Source: Chiloscyllium plagiosum
Lineage: Eukaryota
DNA length: 46,849 bases
Reading direction: 5' to 3'
NCBI RefSeq assembly: GCF_004010195.1
Contig: NC_057750.1
Coordinates: forward strand, 8,285,498-8,332,346
Shown here: positions 1 to 11,335 of the stretch, one piece after another
How the letters are laid out: every line of letters starts with the position of its first letter
Numbering within the stretch: position 1 is the stretch's first letter
Made by a program: the position numbers and the translations under genes
The notes under the pieces: model-generated
Told to the model about the DNA's origin: nothing
Database searches by the model: none
The model's input: only the letters and a program-made list of their open reading frames with translations

Positions 1-370
1 GTTTTGCACCTTCTCTAGTAGGTACATCCACATACTGAATCAGAAAATTGTCTTGTACACACTTAAGAAATTCCTCTCCATCTGAACCTTTAACACTATG
101 GCAGTCCCAATGGATATTTGGAAAGTTAAAATCCCCTACCATAACCATCCTATTATTCTTACAGATAGCTGTGATCTCCTTACAAGTTTGTTTCTCAATT
201 TTCCTCTGACTATTAGCAGGTCTATAATACAATCCCAATAAGGTGATCATCCTTTTCTTATTTCTCAGTTCCACCCAAATTACTTCCCTGGATGTACTTC
301 CGGGAATATCCTCTCTCAGCGTATCTGTAATGCTATTCCTTATCAAACATGCCACTTCCCCTCCTCTTTT

Positions 371-586
371 AGGAGAAAGTGAGGACTGCAGATGCTGGAG
401 ATCAGAGCTGAAAATGTGTTTGGAAAAGCGCAGCAGGTCAGGCAGCATCCAAGGAACAGGAGAATCGATGTTTCGGGCATAAGCCCGAAAGCTTCCTGAA
501 GAAGGGCTTCTGCCCGAAACGTCGATTCTCCTGTTTTTGGATGCTGCCTGACCTGCTGCGCTTTTCCAGCAACACATTTTCAGCTC
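371..586. mobile_element. Penelope-like element (PLE)-derived fold-back insertion
   Basis: Inverted arms (gagctgaaaatgtgtt...aagccc / gggcttctgccc...aacacattttcagctc); flanked by tcccctcctctttt at 357-370 and 585-598; the terminal sequence resembles the pLTR of the GIY-YIG element at 29909-30671. Confidence 0.85.
496..528 (+). ncRNA. Minimal type I hammerhead ribozyme motif
   Basis: CTGAAGA-A-GGGC(TTCT)GCCC-GAAAC-GTC-gattc: intact catalytic core, stem II and GUC triplet. Confidence 0.75.
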
Positions 587-917
587 CCCTCCTCTTTTGC
601 CTCCCTTTCTATCCTTCCTGTAGCATTTGTATCCTGGAACATTAAGCTGCCAGTCCTGCCCATCCCTGAGCCATGTTTCTGTAATTGCTATGATATCTCA
701 GTCCCATGTTCTTAACCATGTCCTGAGTTCATCTGCCTTCCCTGTTAGGCCCCTTGCATTGTCCCTGCCTGCACTGACTGTTTGACTCGCTTCTGTTCTC
801 AACTGTACCAGTCTCAGATTGATCTCTTTCCTCACTATCTCCCTGGGTCCCACACCCTACCCCCACCCCTGACCTTATTAGTTTAAATCTTCCCGAGCAG
901 CTCTAGCAAATTTCCCT

Positions 918-1680
918 TATAGAACAATGCAGGACAAAAACAGGCCCTTTGGCCCATTATATCTGTGCTGACCATAATGCCATTCTAAACTAACCCCATC
1001 TGCCTGCACATGATCTGTATCTCTCCATTCCCTGCCTATTTATGTGTCTGTCCAAATGTCTCTTAAAAGTTTCTGACATATTAGCTTCTCCCACCACCCC
1101 ATAGCACAGTAGGAGGCCAAATGGGTCATTGTGTCCATGCCAGAAAACTACAAGAGCAACTCCATCAGGACCAACTGCACTGTGCCCCTCCTCTCTTTAA
1201 CCCATAGTGCTACAAATATTTTCTTCTCACATAATGATCCAATTTTCTTTTGAAAGCCTTGATTGACCCTGCACCGTTAGCGTATCTTAGACTTTAATCA
1301 CACTATTGGTGAAAAGGGTTTCCCTCAAGTTGCTACTGCTTCTTTTGACAACCCCCTTATATCGATATTTTTTGTCCCTCCACCAATGCGAACAGATTTT
1401 CTCTGTCCCTCTCAGCACCTTGATCAAATCTCCTCTTAAACCTCTCTGAGGTAAACAATTCCAATTTCTCTAATCTATCCACATCACTGGGAATTCTGTG
1501 AATCATTCTCCTGAATTACTTTGGCATTCTCTCCAATGCTTTCATGCCTTCCCAAAGTGTGGCGCCCAGAATTAGATACAATACTTGACTGGGGCTAACA
1601 CAGGGTTTTAAAACTGTTCATAAGAAGCGTTTTGATTCTGTATTTTCTGTTCCTATTATAAAGCCCTGGATCCCATGGGA
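918..1680 (-). mobile_element. Decayed CR1 LINE 3' end fragments
   Basis: CR1 3'-tail signature (tagaac...caggccctttggccca) and degenerate reverse-strand RT C-terminal sequence (HFGKA...; 'gcccagaattagatacaatac'). Confidence 0.65.
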
Positions 1681-2289
1681 AGTTAGATAATTGTAGGAAA
1701 GGGCAAGAACATGTGCATTTCTATAGAAACTGTGATCTCAGGATCTCCGTGAGAATTTTACAGGCCAATGAACTGTGTTTAAGGGGCTCCTAAGTCGCCC
1801 TGACAATCCAGGCAGTTTGGCACAATTTCCAAGGTTGAAAGCATGGAAAATGATCTCAATGGGTTTGAAAGAGATAGGGAAGGCAGAAGCTTGTGTGGAG
1901 CACAAATGCTAGCATGGAATAATTGGGCTGAATGGCCAGTTTTTGTGCCGTGGCTTCAATGACAGTATCTAATCTGTATGTGCCGGACCTTAGGGGCTTC
2001 AACCCTGACACCAGTGCTTCTTTCTCAAGCATGCCAGCATGCTGAGCACAGAAATGAACTGAAATTCTTGTTTTAATTAAAGTTAAAGGTCTCCCCCCGT
2101 GGTGCCCTTGGCACCTGCTGAATGGGTTTGTGCTGATGAAGTGGGTAATGCTACTGAGGAACCTGGAAATCCATTTGCAGTCTGTCTCCCTGTCTTCCTT
2201 GTGTGACTATGGCCATGTGATGGGCCAAAGGACAGACAGCAATGGTGCTGCAGTCTGGAGTGGGACATCCATTAAAATACTCCCTGCCC

Positions 2290-2995
2290 TTTCGCAACTG
2301 AATTGAATGTATTGTCACATGTACTGAGGCTCAGTGAAAAGCTTTGTCTTGCAAGCAATACAGGCAGATCACAGAGTTAAATAGCATACATAGTAAATAA
2401 TAGGTAAACAGCGGCAAAAATGAAAACATAGGTACAGGCGAATGTTAGGAGTTTGTGAGTCCATTCAGTATTCTAACAGTAGGGTAGAAACTGTTTTGAA
2501 ACTGGCTGGTGCGTGTGTTCAGGTGTAGAAGTTGTAGAAAAGCATTGCCAGGGTGGGATGGATCTTTGAGAATGCTGGCAGCCTTTCCTTGACAGCGGGC
2601 CTGGCAGATGGATTCTAGAGATGGGAGGTTGGTCTTTGTTATTGTCCGGATTGAGTTCACCACTCTCTGTAACTGTCTCCGATCTTGAATGGTACAGTTG
2701 CCATACCAGGTAGTGATACATCCAGACAGAATGCTCTCGATGGTGCACCTATAAAGGTTGGCAAGGGTATTTGCCGTCATGCCAAATTTCCTCAGCTGCC
2801 TGAGGAAGAAGAGACGTTGTTGGGCCTTTGTAACCAGTGCATCCACATGAAGCGTCCAAGAAAGCTTGTTGTGGATAACCACTCCCAGGAGCTTGACACA
2901 CTCCACTCGTTCCACCTCTGTGCTGTTAAAGTGGAAGGAGGCATGAGTAACATCCCGCTGAAACTCAGTAATGAGTTCCTTGGTTTTGCAAACAA
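2290..2995 (-). mobile_element. Rex1/Babar-type non-LTR retrotransposon 3' fragment
   Basis: ORF 2445-2915 reads VKLLGVVIHNKLSW...KAQQRLFFLRQLRKFGM...YRCTIESILSGCITTWYGNC...NSFYP, a typical Rex1-group RT C-terminus; related copies at 14618-14900 and 37095-38145. Confidence 0.85.
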
Positions 2996-3100
2996 ATAAT
3001 TAGATAATTGTCGGTGAGCAGCTCTATTTCCCTCTGTATTAAAGACACATACAGTCTGCCTCACGTTAAATTAATTATATCTTAACTATATTTCAAGAAG

Positions 3101-3450
3101 GGGCAGAACAGTAGCTCAGTGGTTAGCACTGCTGCCTCATAGCGCTAGGGACCCAGGTTCCATTCCACCCTCAGGCGACTGTCTGTATGGAGTTTGCACA
3201 TTCTCACCGTGTCTGCATGGATTTCCTCCGGGTGCTCCTGTTTCCTCCCACAGTCCTAGGATGTGCAGATTAGGATGGATTGGCCATGCAAAATTGCCCA
3301 GAGTGTCCAGGGATGTGCAGGTGGATTAGCCACTTGAAATGCAGGGTTACAGGAATAGGGTAAGGGATGGGTCTGGGTGCAATGCTCTTCAGAGTGTCAA
3401 TGTAAACTCAATGGACTGAATGACCAACTTCAATGTTGTAAGGATTCCTT
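3101..3450 (+). mobile_element. HE1/V-SINE-type tRNA-derived SINE
   Basis: A-box (tagctcagtggttag), B-box (ggttccattcc), V-domain tggagtttgcacattctc...gtgtctgc and CR1-like tail. Confidence 0.9.
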
Positions 3451-3786
3451 GAAATTGGGGGCTGACCAAGCCTCAAGATCTCCAAGGAGGACACATTCAG
3501 ATACATGGGATTTGAGGCTGATGCACTGAGTTCTGTAAATGTATGATGCTTGTTCGCCCACAGAATATGGGGTACACAATTGAAAATAGCTTGCATCAAG
3601 ACATTTCACTGTAGTGGCACAATTTCTTACGCAGCAGTTACAGATTCATTTTTTTAAAACTCCTATAGTTTCAGGTTTGTTATCAACGAGACCCGTCATT
3701 TTGTTTCCAGATTAATCAAGTTTTAGTTTCCCCTTTCTTCACAGTGGCAGTTGAACTCATGTTTCTTGAGCACTAGTCTTGAATCT

Positions 3787-3916
3787 GAATCCTGAAGAAG
3801 GGGTCATGCCCGAAACGTTGATTCTCCTGCTCCTTGGATGCCCCCTGACCTGCTGCGCTTTTCCAGCAACACATTTTCGGCTCTGATCTCCAGCATCTGC
3901 AGTCCTCACGTTCCCC
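3787..3916 (+). mobile_element. Short PLE-derived insertion starting at a hammerhead ribozyme
   Basis: gaatc-CTGAAGA-aggggtcatgccc-GAAAC-GTT-gattc (stem I gaatc/gattc), followed by the shared tail ...ccagcatctgcagtcctcac. Confidence 0.8.
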
Positions 3917-4334
3917 TAGACATGGCAATCATCCAGACATTTTAGAGTATTAATAGCAGAAGCTGCAAGATTTTGAAATCTTGTGTAAGTAAACATTAAC
4001 TGCAGATAGTGATTGGACAGGCTCTTGTGTACTTCCTTCATCTCAACTAACCAGCACTCTCTCTCTGTAATTGCCTGCCATCAACATGTGAGGTAGCATT
4101 TTCCAGTTGGCATTCAATTTCTTTGGTAAAATCTACCAAGACATTTTCCTTGGTTATCAAATCCTGGAGTAGGACAAGCACTGAGCAACAGGATACTGTC
4201 TGTGGATTTATAGAAGTCTGTTTTATGAATAAATGTGACATTGCACGGAGAGACAAAATGGATGCCGAGCCAAAGAGAGTAGATTTTACAGTGTGTAGCA
4301 AATAGCTTTGGAAAAGCAAAAGAAAATTGGGCAA

Positions 4335-4595
4335 CATTGCTGCCTCATAGCGTCAGGGACTCAGGTTCGATTCCACCCTCAGACGACTGTTCGTGTGGAG
4401 TATGCATATTCTCCCCGTGTCTACTTGGGTTTCCTCCGGGTGCTCCGGTTTCTTCCCACAGTCCAAAGATGTGCAGGTTAGAGTGGATTAGCCATGCTAA
4501 ATGGGGCTAGGGTGGGTCTGGATGGGGTGCACTTTGGAGGGTTGGTGCAGATTCAATGGGCCAAATGGCCTCTTTCTGCACTGGAGGGATTCTAT
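4335..4595 (+). mobile_element. HE1/V-SINE-type SINE (5' clipped, internal deletion)
   Basis: B-box ggttcgattcc, V-domain and tail gggattcta. Confidence 0.85.
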
Positions 4596-4951
4596 AACCC
4601 ACTCCTCAACCACCTCAGATGCCAATAATAATAGATGGGCCTTTAAATGTGGTCTATAGTGAAAAATACGAGACTTAGTACAAGCTCAGGCCAAATTTCT
4701 TTGCAACTGTAAAACTGTTCACTGTTAAACTGTACTTGACAGGAAGGTTATAGAGCAGCATGTACTGACCTGTACAATGAACAAAACATGAGTACATGAC
4801 CACTGAGGTTACAATAACATCACAGCTTACCTCAGAGGCTTATCTACATATACTTGTAACCCTACCTTTTTAAGAGGTTCATGAAAAAAAAACCTCACCC
4901 ATTCTGCTTTACCTTACACAATTGCAAAGTCTTGTGAATCTTAATTGTTGC

Positions 4952-5585
4952 CACATTGCCTTTATTGGTCAGTGCATTGAGCAGAGGCATTGGAAAGTCA
5001 TGTTGCTGCTGTACAGGAGATTAGTTAGGCCACTTTCAGTGTACTGCATGCAGTTCTGGTCTCCCTCCTATAGAAAGGATGTTGTGAAACTTGAAAGGGT
5101 TCAGAAAAGATTGACAAAGATGTTGCCAGAGTTGGAGGTTTGAGATGTAGGGAGACCCTGAATAGGCTGGGCTGTTTTCCCTAGGACGTCGGAGGCTGAG
5201 AGCTTTATAAAATCATGAGGAATAAAGGTAGGGGAACAGATAAGGTCTTTTCCCCAGGGTGGTAGCATCCAATACCACAGGGTATGGATTTAAGGTGAGA
5301 GGGAAAAGATTTAAACGGGACCTACAAGGTCAAAAAGATTTAAAAGGGCAAGTTTTTCACACAGAGGGTGGTATGTGTATGGAATGAACTGCCAGAGGAA
5401 GTGCTGGAGGCTCATACAATTACAACATTTAAAAGGCATCTGGATGGGTATATGAATAGGAAGGGTTTAGAGGGATATGGGCCAAGTGCTGGCAAATGGG
5501 ATGTGATTACTTTAGGATATCTTGCTGGCATGAATGTGTTGGACTGAAGGCTCTGTTTCCGTGCTGTACATCTCTGTGACGCTAT
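4952..5585 (+). mobile_element. CR1 LINE 3' fragment
   Basis: ORF 4922-5143 reads YCMQFWSPSYRKDVVKLERVQKR; 3' UTR and tail match other CR1 copies. Confidence 0.9.
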
Positions 5586-6002
5586 GTTGGTTCAAAATAA
5601 CCATGTGATACTTGAGACAATCTGGTCCAATGGTTCATCTCAAGGGATGGTTACGGGGAAGATGGGCAGCTCACCACCAACTTCTCAAGGGCAATTAGGG
5701 ATGGGCATTAAATGTTGTCCTTGGCAGTGATGCCCACACCCCATAAACGAATTAAAATGAAAACATGTAGAACTAGGAATCACAATCTTAAATAAGAGTT
5801 TGGACATTCTTGACTGTATATCTTTTTGATTCTATGAATCCATGACTCTCCACCCCTTTCTAAAGCCATGTGATCCCTTGAGAGATGGAAAATCATAACT
5901 GGACTAGCCTCTTCCAAAAATGGGAAGCTTAGTTGAAAATGTAAGCCCTTTGTGGGGTGAATGAAGTCAAGTTGAATCATAAGAATCTGTACTGTGGGTC
6001 AC

Positions 6003-6272
6003 TCAGCCCACTGAGTCCACACTGAATCTCCAAATAATACGCCTCACAGACCTAGCCCCTGACCCTATCTCCATAACCCCACATTTCTCATGGTTAATCC
6101 ATCTGACCTGCACATCTTGACTGTAGGAGGAAATTGGTACAGCGAAGAGAAACCCACGCAGACACAGGGAGAACGTGCAAACTCCATGCAGACAGTTACC
6201 CGAGGCTGGAATCAAACCCCGTTCCCTGGAGCTGTGAGGCAGCAGTGCTAATCACTGAGCCACTATGTCACC
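6003..6272 (-). mobile_element. HE1/V-SINE-type SINE
   Basis: Reverse complement of the HE1 head and V-domain (gcagtgctaatcactgagccac; gagaacgtgcaaactcca). Confidence 0.88.
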
Positions 6273-6405
6273 ATTTTGATATTATTGAAATTCTGTAAGT
6301 TTCATGTTGAAATGCTTGTGTTTTTTTTTACAGATTTTATAAATAAAGTAAACTTTTCAGTAAAAAAGCATAACCACAGCAACACACCCACCCCCTTCCT
6401 CCTTT

Positions 6406-6746
6406 GGGCAGCATGGTGGCTCAATGGTTAGCACTGTTGTCTCACCACACCAGGGTCCTGGGTTTGATTCCAGTCTCAGGTGACTGTCTGTGTGGCGTTT
6501 GCACATTCTCCCCTCTGTGTGGGTTTCCCCCAGGTGCTCCAGTTTCCTCCCACAATCCAAAATTGTGCAGGTCAGGGTGCAGAATGCTTAATTGCCCCAC
6601 AGTGTTCAGGGATGTGTAAGTTAGGTGCATTAGTCAGGGGTAAATGTAGAGAAATAGGGAAGGGGAATGGGTGGGTTATTCTTCAGAGGGTCGGTGTGGA
6701 CTTGTTGGGCTGAAGGGTCTGTTTCCACACTGTAGGGATTCTATGA
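6406..6746 (+). mobile_element. HE1/V-SINE-type SINE, full length
   Basis: gggcagcatggtggctcaatggttag head, V-domain, tail gtttccacactgtagggattctatga. Confidence 0.9.
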
Positions 6747-6799
6747 AACATTGGCGTGGAATGTGTTAAAGAGGTGTTAACAGTACAGATTAACTTTCC

Positions 6800-7045
6800 C
6801 AGGTGAGGTTCCAAGCAGGAGGTCACACCTTCATCTGTTTTGGACTCAAACACTGGAATTCCCACTCTACATCATTGACTCCTTCTTTCCAATGTTCCTT
6901 AAAACCTACATCTTTGACCAAGCTTTTCCCCACCTTTTCTGATGTCTCCTCGCATAGCTTAATCTCAAATTTTGCTTATTGTGAAATATCTTGGGGCATG
7001 ACTATCTTAAAGGCGTTATATAAATGCAAGCTGCTGTATGTCAAC
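6800..7045 (+). mobile_element. Old L2-like LINE 3' end
   Basis: ctggaattcc...ccttaaaacctacatctttgaccaagc...aaaggcgttatataaatgcaagc resembles L2 3' tails. Confidence 0.5.
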
Positions 7046-7119
7046 GGGTAACAGTGGAGTGGGAAATAAATGGAAGAATTAAGATGGAAAAGGCTCGTTA
7101 GCAGAATAACCTGGAGAAG

Positions 7120-7249
7120 ATTCTGATGAAGTCACTGTACTCGAGACATTAATTCTTCCCACAGATGCTGCTAGACCTACTGAGTTTCTCCAGCAATTTC
7201 TGATTTTGTTTCAGATTTCCAGCATCCACAGTTCTCTGTTTTATTTTAT
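7120..7249 (+). mobile_element. Short PLE-derived insertion with degenerate hammerhead
   Basis: Begins ttCTGATGAagtcactgtactcGAGAcattaa and ends ...ccagcatccacagttctctgtttt; TSD taacctggagaag at 7107-7119 and 7250-7262. Confidence 0.75.
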
Positions 7250-7634
7250 TAACCTGGAGAAGGCTTTTTAACAGAATAACCTTCACTTCTGGTTCAAGAC
7301 TTTTGTCCAATGTTGCTCTCTCTCTCTCTCCCTTTCTCTTTCTCTCTCTTCGGTTTGGCATCTGTTCTCTCTTCCTCTTCATTTCCTTTCATAATCTTCT
7401 ATATCTGTCTGTTTTTGCTTTTCCGTGCCTTCTAATCCTTTCCCGTGCCTCCCTCTTTTATTGACTAATCTTCTGAACTTTCCTGACTCTCTCGTATGCT
7501 GATGTGTAAATCTGGACCTGTGGAGTGACTGACTCCTGGTGGTCAGAAAGTAAGATCTGATTTGGAAAGAGGTGCAGTAAGATGTGTCGAGTGGTTCTGG
7601 TGTAGGGACGTCAAGTTGGCTTTTCTTAACAAAT

Positions 7635-7870
7635 CAATTTAAGGCGGAGATAAGGAGAAACATTTTCTCACACAGAGGGTCACAAGTCTGTGGAACACTC
7701 TTCCTCTAAAGGCACTGGAAGCACAGTGCTTGAATATTTTTAAGGCAGAGGTTGATTTATTCCTGATAAGCAAGGGAAGGCAGAAATAATCAGATTGGCC
7801 TTAATTTTATTGAATGGCAAAACGGCTCAAGGTGCTGACTGGCCTACTCCTATTACTAATTCACAAGTTT
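7635..7870 (+). mobile_element. Old CR1 3' fragment
   Basis: tttaaggcggagataaggagaaacattttctca...gagggtc...tggaacactcttcc (FFTQRV...WN motif region). Confidence 0.65.
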
Positions 7871-7879
7871 GTATGTCAC

Positions 7880-8180
7880 TGTCCTTCCAACCCTATTGTC
7901 TTCTCGTTCCCTATCTCTGTTCACTTTCTTGTTCTTCCCCTTCTATTCCAATTCTGTTTTCTTATTCTCTTACTTTCTCGCTCGCTTTCTCAGTTTTTTT
8001 TTTGTTCTTTCCCTTTCCTTTTCATTCTCTTTTTGTTGTACCTCCGCATCTCTCGTCTGCCCTTTGCTCATCTGCCTGTCCACCCAACCTTGTCTTTCTC
8101 TGTTCTCGTCGCTCTGCTCTGCTCCCTTGCTCTTTCGCTCTCTTTCCCATTCCCTTCATTAATTCTCCTTTCCTTCATTT
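7880..8180. repeat. Long polypyrimidine low-complexity tract (smaller one at 7310-7480)
   Basis: Plus strand strongly C/T-dominated over about 300 bp. Confidence 0.85.
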
Positions 8181-8930
8181 AGACAAGGGAGGCGGGCTGT
8201 TCAACGTCCAAGTCCGCCAAAGTAAGCGCTTTTGTACAAGTGGAGAGTTGCCTTATTCTTCTGGTCACCATGGTTACGGCCATGCATTCCTCAACACAGT
8301 GGGATAATGTGCGTTTTTTTTTCGCCTTTAACTCGAAAAGAAGATAGAGAGGGAGAAGGGATACAATCTACAACACTCAATCAGCCGTTTAACTCTCCAA
8401 ACATCGAATGCCTAATTTTATCTTTTCTTGTTCGGAAAAGATCTCATCAGCTGGAGGCCTAGGGTACGAGATGAAATTTGGAATCGGGAGGAAGTTAGGA
8501 GTCTGTAAAAAAAACTATTCAGCTCCCTTTTGTTCTTAATGTATTGAAATGAAAAGAAAAGCTTTTTTTCTCTCTGTCTCTCTCTGGGGTGAAGTGAGTC
8601 TTTTCATCATTTTTACTTAGCATTTTGGCACTCAAACCAGGAGCCAGCAATTCACTGATGTGGAGGAGAGCAGAGTGGGTGGGGGAAGGTGCTGGTGGTC
8701 GAGTGAAAGTTGATGTCCAACCGCCATCAGAATTCAAGTCTCCTTCAGCAACTCCAGTTCAGCCTCTTTCATCGATTGGTCTTTCTTTCTCTCCCTCCCC
8801 GCCGGGTCCTCACAGTGTCTCAATGGGACATTGGCTAGAACTTGTCAAGGCAAGAACAGTAATTGTTTTACAGGAGATGTAACCTACAGCCATGAATCAC
8901 ATGATGCAGTACTCCCGACTAACAGAGGTC
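8180..8930. promoter_or_regulatory. Putative promoter-like unique region
   Basis: Locally raised CpG density, GC boxes (gaggcggg at ~8190, ccccgcc at ~8797), an RFX X-box-like palindrome gtcaccatggttac at ~8264-8277, and inverted CCAAT boxes (gattgg ~8774, cattgg ~8829). Confidence 0.35.
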
Positions 8931-9314
8931 TGGGAGGGGGCTGCATAGTAAAGGGGAGAGTGGGCCTGTAACCAAGATATTGAGTGCAGGCTGAGACCTT
9001 ACAATCAAAAATCCATCTCTTCCAAGACTCTACCTCAAGCCTCTATCCCCCAGTTAAAAGTGTCATTATTGAATCAAAGACCCGGTTCAGCAGTACTGCC
9101 TGGATTCCCACTGCTCGTCTTTACATGCACACAAAGTGGGCCATTCCTCCGTACTTGCTTGCTTCAGAGTAATTGAACAACCTCAGGAAGGTTCCAGAGT
9201 TTTGGCCTATCCAGAACATAGAACATACAATGCAAAACAGGCCACTTGGTTGTTTTAGTTGATGCTATTCTTTGTACGCCACTGTAATCTGTTCTTGCCA
9301 ACTTCACCTAACCC

Positions 9315-10520
9315 CAGGAGTGTGAAAATAGATAAGTCCCCTGGGCTGAATGGAATTTATCCTAGGATCCTCTGGGAAGCCAGGGAGGAGATTGCCGAGT
9401 CTTTGGCATTGATCTTTAAATCGTCATTGTCTACAGGAATAGTGCCAGAAGACTGGAGGACAGTAATTGGCTTGCTGAAAGAAGACAGAGTGTGGTGTTG
9501 ATGGGAAATGTTCATCCTGGAGTCCAGTTACCAGTGGTGTACCACAAGGGTCGATGCTGGGTCCACTGCTGTTGGTCATTTTTATAAACGACCTGGATGA
9601 GGGCGTAGAAGGGTGGGTTAGTAAACTTGCAGACAACACTAAGGTCAGTGGAGTTGTGGATAGTGACGAAGGATGTAGTAGGTTACAGAGAGACATAGAT
9701 AAGCTGCAGAGCTGGGCTGAGAGGTGGCAAATGGAGTTTAATGCGGATAAGTGTGAGGTGGTTCACATTGGTCGGAGTAACTGGAATGCAAAGTACTGGG
9801 CTAATGGTAAGATTCTTGGCAGTGTAGATGAGCAGAGAGATCTCGGTGTCCAGGTACACAGATCCTTGAAAGTTGCCACCCAAGTTGACAGGGTTGTTAA
9901 GAAGGCATACAGTGTTTTAGCTTTTATTAATAGAGGGATCGGGTTCCTGAACCATGAGGTTATGCTACAGCTGTACAAAATCCTAGTGCGGCCACACTTG
10001 GAGTATTGTGTACAGTTCTGGTCACCGCATTATAAGAAGGATGTGGAAGCTTTGGAAAGGGTGCAGAGGAAATTTACTAGGATTTTGCCTGGTATGGAGG
10101 GGAGGTCTTCTGAGGAAAGGCTGAGGGACTTGAGGCTGTTTTCGTTAGAGAGAAGAAGGTTGAGAGGTGACTTAATAGAGACGTATAAGATAATCAGAGG
10201 GTTAGATAGGGTGGACAGGGAGAGCCTTTTTCCAAGAATGGTGACAGAGAGCACGCGCGGTCATAGCTTTAAATTGAGGGGTGATAGATATAGGACAGAT
10301 GTCAGAGGTAGTTTCTTTACTCAGAGAGTAGTAAAGGTATGGAATGCTTTGCCTGCAACGGTAGTACATTTGCCAACTTTAAGTACCTTTAAGTCGTCAT
10401 CGGACAAGCATATGAACGTACATGGAATAGTGTAGGTTAGATGAGCTTCAGATTGGTATGACAGGGCGGCGCAACATCGAGGGCCGATGGGCCTATACTG
10501 CGCTGTAACGTTCTATTTAT
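9315..10520 (+). mobile_element. CR1 LINE ORF2 RT fragment with internal deletion and intact 3' end
   Basis: DKSPGLNGIYPRILWE...PEDWR is joined directly to the WLAERRQ region; the open 293-aa ORF 9554-10435 has LGPLL..IFINDL, LADNTK (FADD-like) and HLEYCVQFWSP. Confidence 0.95.
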
Positions 10521-10559
10521 GTCTTTCTATTTGACCCCTTCTGCATCATGGGTCTAATC

Positions 10560-10890
10560 AAATTTCCATTAGGTGCATTCAGTACTTAGTTCCAAATTGT
10601 AACCACTTGTATAAAAGATATTTTTCTTGACAGCACCACCATTTGCCGAACCTATTTTGATGGTCCCTAGTTTTCAACTCCGTACAGTGGAAACCTCGGG
10701 TCTATGTCGACCCTGTTAATCAATGACACAACCTTAAAGACCTCAATCAGGTCACCCTAACCCACTACTTTCAGTCTTTTCTAGAGCAACCTGTTTATCA
10801 AATCTGAGAGGCATAGCCTTTCACAAGATGTTATCCTTGTCAAACTATTTCACACTTACTTCAATACCTCGCTATCCTTATGATATGGAA
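10560..10890 (-). mobile_element. Highly decayed CR1 3' fragment, contiguous with the minisatellite
   Basis: ccttaaagacctcaatcaggtcaccc is the antisense of RGDLIEVFK. Confidence 0.6.
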
Positions 10891-11335
10891 AACAGAACTG
10901 TACACTGTAATCCAAATGTGGTCTGACCAGGGTATATAGAGACTAGAGTTATGCATGGTGCTCCAAACGTGATCTAACCAAAGCATACAGAGACCAGAAC
11001 TATGCACAGTATTCCAGATTTGGTTTCACCAAATTAGATTAGAATTATATACAGTACTCCAGGGGTGATCTGAAAAATATGTATGGAGACCAAAACTATG
11101 CACAGTACTTCAGGTGTGGTCTGGGATAGATATATGGAGACCAGAAATATGCACAGTACTCCAGGTGTGGTTTGGGATAGGTTTATGGAGACCAAGAATA
11201 TGCACAATACTCCAAGTGTAGTCTGGAATAGGTATTTGAAGACCAGAAATATGCACAGTACTCCAAGTGTGATCTGGGATAGGTAAATGGAGACCAGAAA
11301 TATGCAAGGTACTCCAGGTGTGGTCTCCAAGGTGC
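10887..11335. repeat. 51-bp minisatellite, about 9 units
   Basis: Unit starts at 10887, 10938, 10989, ~11035, 11085, 11136, 11187, 11238 and 11289; consensus ggagaccagaaatatgcacagtactccaggtgtggtctgggataggtatat. Confidence 0.92.

Larger units (their letters stand above)
1..915 (-). mobile_element. CR1 LINE fragment (ORF2 apurinic endonuclease region), interrupted by a PLE-derived insertion
   Basis: Closely parallels 40622-41350 of the long CR1 copy in this window; the minus strand encodes APE motifs such as VGDFNFPNI and 'WVELRNKK'. Confidence 0.9.

Noticed and set aside
2040..2290. Possible coding exon in a GC-richer unique stretch
   Set aside because: An open frame exists but there is no recognisable protein and no convincing splice pair.
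3101..3170. tRNA genes at HE1-like heads (also 6406, 28477, 30880)
   Set aside because: A and B boxes run directly into the SINE body and tail; no complete cloverleaf is evident.
7795..8307. Hydrophobic 170/122/97-aa ORFs as membrane proteins
   Set aside because: Artefact of a pyrimidine-rich tract lacking stop codons in all three frames.
10887..11335. CRISPR-like array or repeat-protein gene
   Set aside because: Units are head-to-tail with no unique spacers, derive from CR1 and lie in eukaryotic DNA; the ORFs follow from the 51-nt period.
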